NCBI GenBank assembly: GCA_965197745.1
Contig: CBDANS010000006.1
Location: forward strand, 32,001 to 96,000
Source of the DNA: Opitutales bacterium
Lineage (GTDB): Bacteria > Verrucomicrobiota > Verrucomicrobiia > Opitutales > PNEW01
Length of the DNA: 64,000 nt
Direction: 5' to 3'
Below, one piece after another: positions 30,121 through 39,859 of this stretch. Numbering within the stretch: the stretch's first letter is position 1; every line of letters starts with the position of its first letter. The notes under the pieces were generated by a model. That model made no database searches. It worked only from the letters and a program-made list of their open reading frames with translations, and was not told the origin of the DNA. The position numbers were made by a program, and so were the translations under genes.

Positions 30121-31407
30121 TTAACTGCTCATGCTTACGAGTAAATCTTCAACCTCATATTTTTTCAGCTTGCGGCGCATCCAGTCAAGCGAAGCGCTTA
30201 CCGCTCGCACTTTTATCGCGAGTCGATTGCCGGGAAAAACAATTCTGTTCGCCCAGACTCCTACCGGAGAGTGATAACCGAGATAAATAGTTCCTACCGG
30301 GTTTTCTATGCTACCGCCATCCGGCCCGGCAAATCCGGTAACACTAAGGGCATAGTCGGCCGATAATCGTTCAGCTGCACCGGTGGCCATAGCCACCGCG
30401 CATTCAGCGCTAATCGCTCCATGCTGTTGGATGATGGCATCGGGAACATCGAGCATCTGTATTTTGGCATCATTGTTATAACAGACCACACCCCCCATAA
30501 ATACTTTGGAGGCGCCCGGTATATCGGTAAAAGCATTGGCAAGGAGGCCACCCGTGCAGGATTCCGCGACAGCCAGCGTTTTATTTAATCCCCGAAGCTG
30601 ATCGAGAACAAGCTTGGCAAGTGAACTGTTACCGTAACAGATGAAATCATCCCCTATTATTTCCTTACACTCGTTGCCAATGGCTTTTATCTCTTCCCAG
30701 CTTAATGAATCCTCAAGAGCATTCAAACGCACATCGACGAGACCGGAATGGGCACAATAAGCTACCTGTAAATTATCGTTATAGCGGTCAAATACCGGTC
30801 GCAATTTACTTTCTAATAGTGATTCCCCCACGCCAATAGTGCGAAACTGCAGGTAGGCCTCACTTTCCGTAATTATTCCTTCAGATCGGAGGCGGGGCAG
30901 GACTTGATCTTCAAACATGGGATAAAGCTCATGCGGCGGTCCCGGCAACATGACAATAATTTTTCCCTCAACCTGTAACCACAGCCCTGGAGCTGTTCCA
31001 AAGCGATTGGATAAGACAACGGCCCCCTCGGGTTTTTTCGCCTGTCGCAGGTTATTTTCCGTCACCTCCCGGCGACCCATACTGTTAAAACGGTCGCGGA
31101 TTTCCTGTTCTATTGCGTCATCATGGATAAGATCGAGGTTCAGTATTTGAGCCACGGTTTCTCGAGTTATATCATCGGTTGTCGGACCAAGCCCACCGGT
31201 GGTGATGACAATATCCGAATTATCCATGGAATCCCGGAAATAACGCTCGATATGCTGCACATCGTCACGTATAACTATGTTGCGTTGGATTGATAGTCCG
31301 TGACGGGCAAACTGTTTACCAAAATAAGTAAGATGGGTGTTTTCTCTGATCCCAAGCAGGAGCTCGTCACCAAGGGTAATAATTTCCAAGCGACTTAAAT
31401 TCGGCAT
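30121..31407 (-). CDS. cinA: CinA (MocF-like domain + NMN deamidase PncC)
   Basis: GDELLLG, GGLGPTTDDIT, LPGPP, AESCTGG and TGFAGPDGG. Confidence 0.93.
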   Translation of the reverse strand: MPNLSRLEIITLGDELLLGIRENTHLTYFGKQFARHGLSIQRNIVIRDDVQHIERYFRDSMDNSDIVITTGGLGPTTDDITRETVAQILNLDLIHDDAIEQEIRDRFNSMGRREVTENNLRQAKKPEGAVVLSNRFGTAPGLWLQVEGKIIVMLPGPPHELYPMFEDQVLPRLRSEGIITESEAYLQFRTIGVGESLLESKLRPVFDRYNDNLQVAYCAHSGLVDVRLNALEDSLSWEEIKAIGNECKEIIGDDFICYGNSSLAKLVLDQLRGLNKTLAVAESCTGGLLANAFTDIPGASKVFMGGVVCYNNDAKIQMLDVPDAIIQQHGAISAECAVAMATGAAERLSADYALSVTGFAGPDGGSIENPVGTIYLGYHSPVGVWANRIVFPGNRLAIKVRAVSASLDWMRRKLKKYEVEDLLVSMSS

Positions 31408-31481
31408 GATTGCTCTTTATATAATAAGTATGACCTTTGTAAGATTTTTTATACCATTAATAAAAGCACTTATGTCTTAAA

Positions 31482-32960
31482 ATGCCAAGTCAGGATAGCA
31501 GTAAAATAAAAGAAAAAGTGCGGCGGTTGCCCCATAAACCTGGAGTTTATATGATGAAAGATCGACTTGGGCATATCATTTATGTCGGAAAGGCGAAAGA
31601 TCTTAAAAAACGGGTATCCACTTATTTTCAGCCGTCGCGTAGAATGACCGCTCAACAGCCTAAATTACTGGCTATGGTCCCTATGATTCATGATTTTGAT
31701 ATTTTAGAAGTAAAATCAGAGCCAGAGGCACTACTGCTTGAAGGGCGGTTACTCAAACAATGGAAGCCCAAGTATAATACTGATTTCACGGACGATAAAC
31801 GTTTCCTCCTGGTACGGGTAGACCTTCAGAACACCATTCCAAAGTTTCGATTATGTCGTTTCAAAAAAGACGACCTCTCCGAATACTTCGGCCCCTTTGC
31901 CCATGCCAAGTTGCTTCGGAAAACTCTCGAAGAAATGAAACGTCGCTATGGCATACTTCTGGGCGATGCCCACCCTACCCGACTACCGGACGGCACCTGG
32001 AAACTTTACGATGACGTGCGATCGGAGATATACGGTCATCCCAATCAAGTTACCGGGGATGAATACCGTCAACATGTGGAACAAGCCTGTGACTTCCTCA
32101 GGGGGAAATCCCAAGAGTGGCTGAGCGATATCAAAACGGAGATGCAGACATTGGCTGCACGACGCGATTATGAAAAAGCCGCTGAATTGCGTGATATCGT
32201 ATCTGCGCTTGAGAAGACTGTTCTAAAGACCCGCAAGTTTGCTCATGCCCACGGCGCCATGAAATGGACGGATTCCGAGATTGTTCTTAGAGAACTAAGA
32301 ACGACGCTTGCGCTGACCAGTATTCCAAAACATATTGAATGCTTTGATATAAGCCACATCTCCGGTACTTTCGTTGTCGCTTCAATGGTACGTTTTACCG
32401 ACGGCAGACCTGATACCAGCCAATACCGCCGTTATAAAATAAAAAGCTTTATCGGTAATGATGATTTTCGTGCCATGGAAGAAGTCGTAGCTCGGCGTTA
32501 TGTGCGTCTTTACAAGGAAGCTAAAACTTTTCCCGATCTTATTGTCATAGATGGGGGGAAAGGTCAACTCGGGGCCGCTCTGCGCGCGTTTCTGGGAAAG
32601 GGGCTGGAGCCACCGCCGCTCATAGCACTGGCAAAAAAACGTGAGACCCTCTATTTTACCGACGAGCGACCGCCTCTTAATCTCAAACTGCAAAGCAATA
32701 CGCTACGATTACTGCAACACCTTCGTGACGAAGCGCATCGTTTTGCCAATACCTTCAATGCGGAAATTCGCAGTCGCAGGATGAAAGAATCCATCCTTGA
32801 TGATTTTCGTGGATTAGGTTCGGTACGGCGAAAAGCGTTGTTAAAAAAATTTAAAAATTTAAAAAATCTAAAAGTAGCCACTCCAGAAACATTGCGCGAA
32901 GTGGAGGGTATTGGCCCTATACTGGCAAACGAATTATTCATCTATTTAAAGAATATATAA
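31482..32960 (+). CDS. uvrC: Excinuclease ABC subunit C
   Basis: GIY-YIG (PGVY...YVGKAKDL), UVR motif YEKAAELRD, ECFDISH, IDGGKGQ, RDEAHRFA and HhH. Confidence 0.93.
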   Translation: MPSQDSSKIKEKVRRLPHKPGVYMMKDRLGHIIYVGKAKDLKKRVSTYFQPSRRMTAQQPKLLAMVPMIHDFDILEVKSEPEALLLEGRLLKQWKPKYNTDFTDDKRFLLVRVDLQNTIPKFRLCRFKKDDLSEYFGPFAHAKLLRKTLEEMKRRYGILLGDAHPTRLPDGTWKLYDDVRSEIYGHPNQVTGDEYRQHVEQACDFLRGKSQEWLSDIKTEMQTLAARRDYEKAAELRDIVSALEKTVLKTRKFAHAHGAMKWTDSEIVLRELRTTLALTSIPKHIECFDISHISGTFVVASMVRFTDGRPDTSQYRRYKIKSFIGNDDFRAMEEVVARRYVRLYKEAKTFPDLIVIDGGKGQLGAALRAFLGKGLEPPPLIALAKKRETLYFTDERPPLNLKLQSNTLRLLQHLRDEAHRFANTFNAEIRSRRMKESILDDFRGLGSVRRKALLKKFKNLKNLKVATPETLREVEGIGPILANELFIYLKNI

Positions 32961-33169
32961 ACGTTTAAGGCATTAAATTGAGTTTTAAATCTCAGTAAAA
33001 TATTTTTATAAAATTGATTTTACTAATTATTAACAGCTTTCACCGTGTTCAACTCAGCGAGCGGTCATTTGAATCATCTTGATTGTCAGTCCGTTTTTAT
33101 TAGGATATTGGGTGTTGGTTAATTTTAGTTTCCCGAGGTAGAACATCCTAAATGTAAAGGGTATTCAAC

Positions 33170-33550
33170 ATGACACATGAAGAACACTTTGAATTGGCAA
33201 ACGGTCAGACAATAATGGAACAGGGAGATGAAGGCCGCGGCTTTTTTATCCTCGAATCTGGATCACTGGAAGTTATTAAAGATGACGTCCTCCTGAGCAC
33301 GCTCATGTACCCGGGCACCATCTTTGGCGAAATGAGTGACATTCTGGGAAAGCCAAGGACCTGCACGGTTAAGGCCAAGAAAGCGTGTAAGATTACTCAT
33401 GTGACAACCACTAACATGAGTGAATTCATCCAGGATTATCCCCAGGTCGGGGTGAAAATCATAAAAACGCTTGCCAGTCGCCTTGATCGAGCTACCAATA
33501 AATTATCGGAAATGGCCATGGAGTCCCCTTTGTGGTCGGTACGTAAATAA
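33170..33550 (+). CDS. Stand-alone cyclic-nucleotide-binding domain protein
   Basis: EQGDEG, FFILESG and FGEMS...PRTCTV; no HTH. Confidence 0.85.
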   Translation: MTHEEHFELANGQTIMEQGDEGRGFFILESGSLEVIKDDVLLSTLMYPGTIFGEMSDILGKPRTCTVKAKKACKITHVTTTNMSEFIQDYPQVGVKIIKTLASRLDRATNKLSEMAMESPLWSVRK

Positions 33551-33560
33551 TTTCACCTTC

Positions 33561-34064
33561 ATGCTTGTCGCGGATAAAATTTTTCTAATTATGGTCTTAA
33601 CGATGACCATCTCCAGTGAAGACGCAGAGCCCATTGCCGTTGGCGCAGATGCACCCGCTATCACATCCCTTGCTGAAAACGGATCTCCTATAGATCTTAC
33701 CGAGGTCTACGATAAAGGACCCACGCTTGTTTATTTTTATCCCAAGGCCGACACTCCCGGTTGCACCGCACAGTCCTGTAATCTGCGCGACGCTTATGAG
33801 AATCTGCAGGATGCCGGCATTACGGTTATCGGAGTAAGTGCCGATACACCGGAAGAGCAAAAGGCTTTTAAGGATAAATTCCAGCTTCCTTTTATCCTAC
33901 TCGCTGATTCCAAGGGAGAGGTTATCGAAGCTTTTGGCGTGCCGCGCAATAACGGTAAAGCGAAACGCCAGACGTTCCTGATCAAGGGCGGCAAAGTAGT
34001 CTGGCGTGATCTGCAAGCCGAACCCAAAACTCAGGCAGAAGACGCGCTGAACAACCTGCCCTGA
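33561..34064 (+). CDS. bcp: Peroxiredoxin (BCP/PrxQ), probably exported
   Basis: YFYPKADTPGCTAQSC, GVSAD and RQTF; hydrophobic N-terminus from ATG 33561. Confidence 0.88.
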   Translation: MLVADKIFLIMVLTMTISSEDAEPIAVGADAPAITSLAENGSPIDLTEVYDKGPTLVYFYPKADTPGCTAQSCNLRDAYENLQDAGITVIGVSADTPEEQKAFKDKFQLPFILLADSKGEVIEAFGVPRNNGKAKRQTFLIKGGKVVWRDLQAEPKTQAEDALNNLP

Positions 34065-34082
34065 GATAACAATTTCAGGATA

Positions 34083-34430
34083 TCAACCGGGCGCGTTTTC
34101 ACCGATCAACCAGACTCGCCGGATGAGGTCCTTCTTCACTTCATATAAGGCAATATTGTAAGTGACAGGAGATTCCGGATAGCCGGTAATTTTTTCATGT
34201 AAGACCGTGTAATCACCCTGGCTTACAGTATTTAAAATGGCGCAATTTAAATCGGGCGATACTCTGAATTTATTAGCGTATATAGTGCGCACTGATTCCA
34301 GTCCCTGAGCTATTACCTCTCCTCCCGGTAATTGAAAAACTTCTATCTCATCACTGAAACAGTCGAGAAAAGCGCCTAGATCTCTGGCGTTAAATGCACG
34401 CACATGGTCATCAATAACATTTTTCGGCAT
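34083..34430 (-). CDS. SnoaL/NTF2-like protein
   Basis: AFNARDLGAFLDCFSDE and YEVKKDLIRRVW. Confidence 0.8.
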   Translation of the reverse strand: MPKNVIDDHVRAFNARDLGAFLDCFSDEIEVFQLPGGEVIAQGLESVRTIYANKFRVSPDLNCAILNTVSQGDYTVLHEKITGYPESPVTYNIALYEVKKDLIRRVWLIGENAPG

Positions 34431-34522
34431 AAGAATTACTGAATAGAAAATCGTGAGATCGACTTGCGCGGGAAAGATAAATTCGAGCGCTACGATTTGT
34501 CCATCGCAACGGTAATAAAATA

Positions 34523-36931
34523 TTAAAGTGTAATATTTAAGCCAACACGCGCCCTCCAGGAACTGAAAATCCGATCAGAGGGGCGCAGCGTATCACCTTC
34601 TAAACTGTTCTGCACCTGTTCCGAGATATTGAAAAAATCGGCGAATATACTCATATTAGGATGAATTCGATACTTCGTTGAAAAATTGATAATGGTCTCA
34701 TGATCGAGATATTCATCGGCATTGGTGGTTTCCGCTACATTATCAAGCGAGCGGCTTTGGAAATTTAAACTGATGCGCGTCTTCAATTTTCCGATTTCAT
34801 TGAGCAGGGCAACTTCCAGCATGTGCGCTGCTCTCTCAGGTAAAAGCAGTGTTTCACCCGGTCGCTTAACCGTAAATGCCTGGGAATCAGAATAAATGTA
34901 AAAAATAGAGGCTGTTGCATTGCCTAATGCTTGGGGGAACAGCGGAACATTTCGGTTCCAACCAAATTCCAATCCCCACAATTGGGCTTCTTCCCCATTT
35001 TCCGGCCGTCTGAACTTGAAGCCGTCGAGGGTTCCTCCCTCAACTAAAAATTCACCTTGAAAGAAAAAATTCTTGATATCCTTGTAATACCACGCCGCAG
35101 AAAAATTACCGGTCCAGGGGTTTCTGACATCTGCGGTCACGATAAAATTAGTATATTCCGTGGACTTCAAGTTCGGGTTGCCCTCTCGGATGAATTCACT
35201 GCTGCTAAATATTTGCCGATAGGGAACAAGATCAAAGTAATTGGGCCGCGCCAGGGTTTCGAAAGCAGAGGCTCTCAAATTAATCTGTTCGTTCAGTAAA
35301 TAAACAAATTCCAGCGCAAAATAGGTATTATCGTATTCATTCACATTCGAGACGGGAATCGTTTCCACGTATTCATCTTCACCGTCCACTTCTTCGGTAA
35401 TTACCGTATTGCCATCGGTTTCAATTTGCGTTTTCTCAAAGCGAAATCCGGCATTTAAAGACCATCGTGGAGCTTTAATGCGCTGCATCACATAATAGCT
35501 CTGTACCGATTCGAAAGACCTGAAATTATTGGGATCACTTTCGATATGGGTACGGCCAAAATCCAACTCATAATTATCGAAGTTATCCGCGAAAAACGTG
35601 CGAGAAAGAGAGGGGTCTGCTCCTCTCCCCAACCGATAGTGGTCTTCGGCAATCAAATCCGGTTCTTCTGTAACCACCGAATCGCTTAAGAGGTAAGTGC
35701 CATTATAAACTTCATAAATAAACCTTTCGTCTTGACTTGTTCGTTCTTTTTGCCGGTAGAGACTACCGGCAAAGATTTCCATTTCCGTTTTTGAGAAATT
35801 AAACCGTTTATGGAAATGAATATCTCCCGCGTAATCTTCATCCACTGTAAGCGAACTTCGATCGCGCATTTCGCGAAAGGACAATTCGTCCGGGTCATAA
35901 ATATCTATATCACTATGATTAGTAACTTGAGGAAAGTGGATATCTTCTCGATTGTAAGACAAATCCACACCCTCGCGTCGAAATTCGACCTTGAAAAGTT
36001 CAGGACGGCTGCGCTCGTAGTTTGAATAATACATACCATACTCCAAACCCCAGTCTTCCGCTTCAATTTTGCCGCCACCCTCGAAACGGTAGATATCAGT
36101 GCGCTCTGGTTCATCGCGCATTTCACGTTTTACACTCGCGCCGCGGGAAAAAGCAGATAAGTCTGATACAGCTTCGTATTCACCATCGGAAAACCGCATT
36201 TCCAGACGTTGCGCAATGTCACTGTCTTCGGTTTGTCTAAGATCAGTTTTGAAATAGAGGGTGTGATTATCGCTCAACGCTCGTTCAAGGACTCCTTTAA
36301 AACTTTTGCGCCGTGAATGGACCATACGCCTGCCGGTATTCAATCGTTCAATCACATTCTGTTCTCCAACATCTGTATCGATGGTACCCCATCGTGTAAA
36401 AATTCGCTCAAAGGCAAGTTCCGCCGCCAGGTCATCGAGGTAAAACGATAAGGCCCAACGATGGTCTCTGCCGAAAATCTGGGACATTGAGACATAGCCC
36501 TGCCAAAGGCCAGCGTCTGACAGTTTCCCATAGTGATATGAGGCTTCACTCTTTATCCTTAAGGTTGGACCATCTAATATGCCTCCGGATGGCAATTTAC
36601 CGTGGTAATTTACCCCTTCGGCATCCGCGTTGGCAAAAGACACCACTCCAACACCTCCCACCGATTGATATTCGGAAGCCATTGGATTCTGCTTCTGCAG
36701 CACTCGCTGGCGATCACGGGGGTTGGGCGCCAGACCGCCACTCACCGCCGGGAATACTACCATGCTGACTTTTTTTTCAGCTGGTTTTGCTTCAACGGAA
36801 TTAACCGACTCAACGGTCGCTTCAGGACTCAGACTCGTCTGGGCAAAACCTGAAGAGAAAAAAAAGGATAAATAAAATATCCCCAGGCTGAATCCTACTG
36901 TCGCGGCCGACGCACTGTATTTAATTGGCAC
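34523..36931 (-). CDS. TonB-dependent receptor-like beta-barrel (short or atypical plug)
   Basis: GFRFEKT, LARPNYFDL, GNPNLK, YYKDIKNF, GLEF and NIS...VGLNITL. Confidence 0.8.
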   Translation of the reverse strand: MPIKYSASAATVGFSLGIFYLSFFFSSGFAQTSLSPEATVESVNSVEAKPAEKKVSMVVFPAVSGGLAPNPRDRQRVLQKQNPMASEYQSVGGVGVVSFANADAEGVNYHGKLPSGGILDGPTLRIKSEASYHYGKLSDAGLWQGYVSMSQIFGRDHRWALSFYLDDLAAELAFERIFTRWGTIDTDVGEQNVIERLNTGRRMVHSRRKSFKGVLERALSDNHTLYFKTDLRQTEDSDIAQRLEMRFSDGEYEAVSDLSAFSRGASVKREMRDEPERTDIYRFEGGGKIEAEDWGLEYGMYYSNYERSRPELFKVEFRREGVDLSYNREDIHFPQVTNHSDIDIYDPDELSFREMRDRSSLTVDEDYAGDIHFHKRFNFSKTEMEIFAGSLYRQKERTSQDERFIYEVYNGTYLLSDSVVTEEPDLIAEDHYRLGRGADPSLSRTFFADNFDNYELDFGRTHIESDPNNFRSFESVQSYYVMQRIKAPRWSLNAGFRFEKTQIETDGNTVITEEVDGEDEYVETIPVSNVNEYDNTYFALEFVYLLNEQINLRASAFETLARPNYFDLVPYRQIFSSSEFIREGNPNLKSTEYTNFIVTADVRNPWTGNFSAAWYYKDIKNFFFQGEFLVEGGTLDGFKFRRPENGEEAQLWGLEFGWNRNVPLFPQALGNATASIFYIYSDSQAFTVKRPGETLLLPERAAHMLEVALLNEIGKLKTRISLNFQSRSLDNVAETTNADEYLDHETIINFSTKYRIHPNMSIFADFFNISEQVQNSLEGDTLRPSDRIFSSWRARVGLNITL

Positions 36932-37221
36932 GCACTATAATATGTAATTTCGCGTCAAAGTTGGCAATAGTAAACCTAAAAGATAAGAATACGTAATCCT
37001 TATCATAAATTTTTTTTTCAAATAATCTTAATTATCCAACTCGTGCCCTATAGATTTTCAGAATAATCCTGAAAATAGAGTATTCACAGTTTGTGCTTAC
37101 AACCGTAAAATGCATGATAAGCTGATGCCAGAGATGCGTCCTTGTTGAGCCCTGGTATCGATGACTATAGCGCGGTCTTCAGTTAATATTCAGGCACTAC
37201 CCGGATACTGGAATTACCTGT

Positions 37222-37617
37222 CTATTCTATAACAATCTGTCCTATCATCATCAGCTTATGAAAAGTACAGTAATAAGTATAAGTCCCTTTTTTATCAGGA
37301 ACAGAGATGGTAAAACGCTCAAACTCTCCATAGGACAATACTGCCGTCTGGATGTCCAAACCCTCTATGACCAGGTCATGGCGGATTCCTGCATCTTTAT
37401 TTTGAAACAAAATTGAGATTTTTTCTCCAACATGGAAGGTGAAGGTCGGATTTAACTCACCCTCAATATTCTGAGCAGAGGAAGAAAAGCTCATATTCTC
37501 GGCCACTATGATGACTTGACGTGGCAATTCCTTATCCTGCAGAAAGGTAACAAATAAGGCAAAAGCGCCCGCAATAATAACGAGTAATAAAATACTGATC
37601 AGTCCAACACTTTTCAT
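37222..37617 (-). CDS. Membrane-anchored cupredoxin (type-1 Cu)
   Basis: N-terminal TM; HDL ... YYCTFHKLMM supplies H, C, H, M ligands. Confidence 0.85.
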   Translation of the reverse strand: MKSVGLISILLLVIIAGAFALFVTFLQDKELPRQVIIVAENMSFSSSAQNIEGELNPTFTFHVGEKISILFQNKDAGIRHDLVIEGLDIQTAVLSYGEFERFTISVPDKKGTYTYYCTFHKLMMIGQIVIE

Positions 37618-37657
37618 TTTTTATAGCTGAATTTAAAATACATTTATCTAAAACCGA

Positions 37658-38833
37658 TTATGCTGCGCCCACCAGCAGACCCGTTCCGTACATGAGAAGG
37701 TACCCGATGAGTAAGCCTAAAAGATTTAGGGGTTGCAGATTTTCCGATCTGGATTGAGTCCCGACAATCGCCCCAATAACCTGGACAATCGCTCCGGAGC
37801 CAACTCCTAAAAATAAAATTGCCCAGAGATGGGAATAGGTAAATGCGCCGATCCAACATCCCAGTATCGTCGGCACACCGGCAAGCGCTCCAAGGCAAAC
37901 GAGGAATGGGATATTTACTTTTTCCTTAAGTATCGGTGAAACAATAGCGATCCCCTCGGTAGCGTTATGGATGGTAAAGCCCGCAACGAGCAATGCGCCT
38001 AAAGTAAATTCGCCAAGGACATAAGCTGAGCCGATGGCAAGACCTTCCCCCATGTTATGAAGGCCAATCCCGAGAGCGATGAGCCAGGCTATACTGTCCG
38101 CAGACCTTACCCCTCCATTACTATCCGGAGCCCGAGCTGAAATGCCTTGTAGGAAAAGATAAGCCCCCACCAGGCCCAGTATTAATAAAGCTTTTCCGTG
38201 ATATACGGAGGGTAGCATCTCGGCGACTTCCAATCCTTCTTCCACTGCGTCGACAACAAGAAAAGCAAGTAGGCCAACCGTAAAATATAAAAAGAATCCC
38301 AACGTTTTTCTCCCTAAGCGACGGAGAAATGGAAACCATGCAATCCCCAGAGCTACGGGTATCACCCCTACATATATCCCCAAAAGCGCGAACCGTCCAA
38401 AAGCAGCAGGTGTCGGTTCAGGGGTTAAAGATGCAACTTCAATTTCGTAGACAAAAGTTAGCCCCGTTGAAGAAAGGAGATTTATCTCAACCGGTTCACC
38501 AAGATTCCAGGGAAAGGGAATTGTCACGCGCGCTCGTTCCAGCGGTTTCAAAGTACGCTTTGGCGAAACCCCGTGTTGCCAGAACGCACCGCGAACCATC
38601 ACTTGAGCAAGAGTACAGGGGTCGGGGCCGGAGTTGACGATATCCAAATAGATAACGTCCTCTGCTAACGAATGTCTCAAAACGTGGAGTTCTTCGACAG
38701 GAGGCAGGTCTGATTGGAAAATAGCCAGGGGCCCCTTCCGAAAGAGGGCAAAAATTACGATCCCGAGGAGAAGTAAGGGGACGAGTGCGTAGACAATCGT
38801 CGCCATTGACAGTTTACCTTCTTGTTTAGTCAT
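37658..38833 (-). CDS. ZIP-family divalent metal permease with N-terminal extracytoplasmic domain
   Basis: Two ZIP signatures, LHNMGEG and IHNATEG. ATG 38833 overlaps the MCO stop (ATGACTAA). Confidence 0.88.
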   Translation of the reverse strand: MTKQEGKLSMATIVYALVPLLLLGIVIFALFRKGPLAIFQSDLPPVEELHVLRHSLAEDVIYLDIVNSGPDPCTLAQVMVRGAFWQHGVSPKRTLKPLERARVTIPFPWNLGEPVEINLLSSTGLTFVYEIEVASLTPEPTPAAFGRFALLGIYVGVIPVALGIAWFPFLRRLGRKTLGFFLYFTVGLLAFLVVDAVEEGLEVAEMLPSVYHGKALLILGLVGAYLFLQGISARAPDSNGGVRSADSIAWLIALGIGLHNMGEGLAIGSAYVLGEFTLGALLVAGFTIHNATEGIAIVSPILKEKVNIPFLVCLGALAGVPTILGCWIGAFTYSHLWAILFLGVGSGAIVQVIGAIVGTQSRSENLQPLNLLGLLIGYLLMYGTGLLVGAA

Positions 38834-39857
38834 TGCGGACCCTTTCCCTGGGAAGAACGCGGAATAAGCCCATCCAACCCCGCTCAGCAAACTCGGTCTT
38901 GTGACCGTGAAACATGAAATCTCCCGTAAAAGGAAATTTTACTTCTACTATCCCTCGTTCTCCCTGCCCGAGTATTACCGTATCCGTAAAATCGCGCGGA
39001 TTTTTTTTTGTTCCCGTGGGATAGTAATCAAAAAACGTGGCATGGATGTGGAATGAATTGATCATGTCGAATTCTAGAACATTCCCAAGGTAGATCCGGA
39101 CAAGCTCACCCTGTTTTACCTCTATCGGATTCCTCTGATAATGAAAGGCGACGGTGTTCACTCCATAAATTTCATTCTCTTCATCAAAGTTTGGATCAAA
39201 ACCGTTCATCATCATGTAGAGTTCGCGCGCGGGTGGGCGTCCTTCCTTGGGATCTACTATCCAGAACCCATAAAGCCCGTTGTGGATGTGTTGTGTAAGC
39301 GGTGTGGCGTGACAATGGTATAGGTGAACGCCGACCGGATCCGCATTAAATTCGTAAATAAAAGTTCCTCCAGGGGGAACCAATTGTTTTAGCATGGCCC
39401 CATCCATTCTCGCCTCGTGAAACCCGTGAAAATGCATTGAGTGTGGTCGGTCTCCCAAGTTAATGAAGGTAATTTTTATTCGCTCGCCCTCAGTGGCGCG
39501 AAGCGTGGGTCCGGGGACATCCCCATTGTATGTCCACGCGGGGAAAAAAATTCCCGGGGCAATCTCGATTTCCTTATTGACGGCATGGATCTCGAAAGAT
39601 CGCAGGGTGCGACCATCGGGGAGTTGAGTTACTTTCCCCTCCATATAATTGTCTAAATAGCGATCGGGATCGAGCGCTTGCGAGGTTACCTCGCCCACAG
39701 TTCCATTGCGAAAGGAAGTAAGGTCCAAACCATCGAGTCCCCGAAGTGCCTCCTTCTCCTCCCTGTCTAAAGAAGATACGGAATATGCCATATAAGCGGC
39801 CCCGATGAGTGCGATGGAACCTGAAAATATAAATAGTAAACTGCGCCAAGTATTCAT
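38826..39857 (-). CDS. Two-domain multicopper oxidase (type C-like; T1 site in domain 1)
   Basis: WTYNG..PGP, HSMHFHG, YHCH-X6-H-X4-L, SFHIH and FHGH; N-terminal TM anchor. Confidence 0.88.
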   Translation of the reverse strand: MNTWRSLLFIFSGSIALIGAAYMAYSVSSLDREEKEALRGLDGLDLTSFRNGTVGEVTSQALDPDRYLDNYMEGKVTQLPDGRTLRSFEIHAVNKEIEIAPGIFFPAWTYNGDVPGPTLRATEGERIKITFINLGDRPHSMHFHGFHEARMDGAMLKQLVPPGGTFIYEFNADPVGVHLYHCHATPLTQHIHNGLYGFWIVDPKEGRPPARELYMMMNGFDPNFDEENEIYGVNTVAFHYQRNPIEVKQGELVRIYLGNVLEFDMINSFHIHATFFDYYPTGTKKNPRDFTDTVILGQGERGIVEVKFPFTGDFMFHGHKTEFAERGWMGLFRVLPRERVRND

Positions 39858-39859
39858 AA

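Noticed and set aside
36926..36941. Other TGGCAC sigma-54-like sites (also near 18742 and 57183)
   Set aside because: No TTGC at the required GG-N10-GC spacing
38826..39857. Copper nitrite reductase NirK
   Set aside because: Retains four HxH pairs for a trinuclear cluster and has an axial Leu; the context is metal transport, not denitrification
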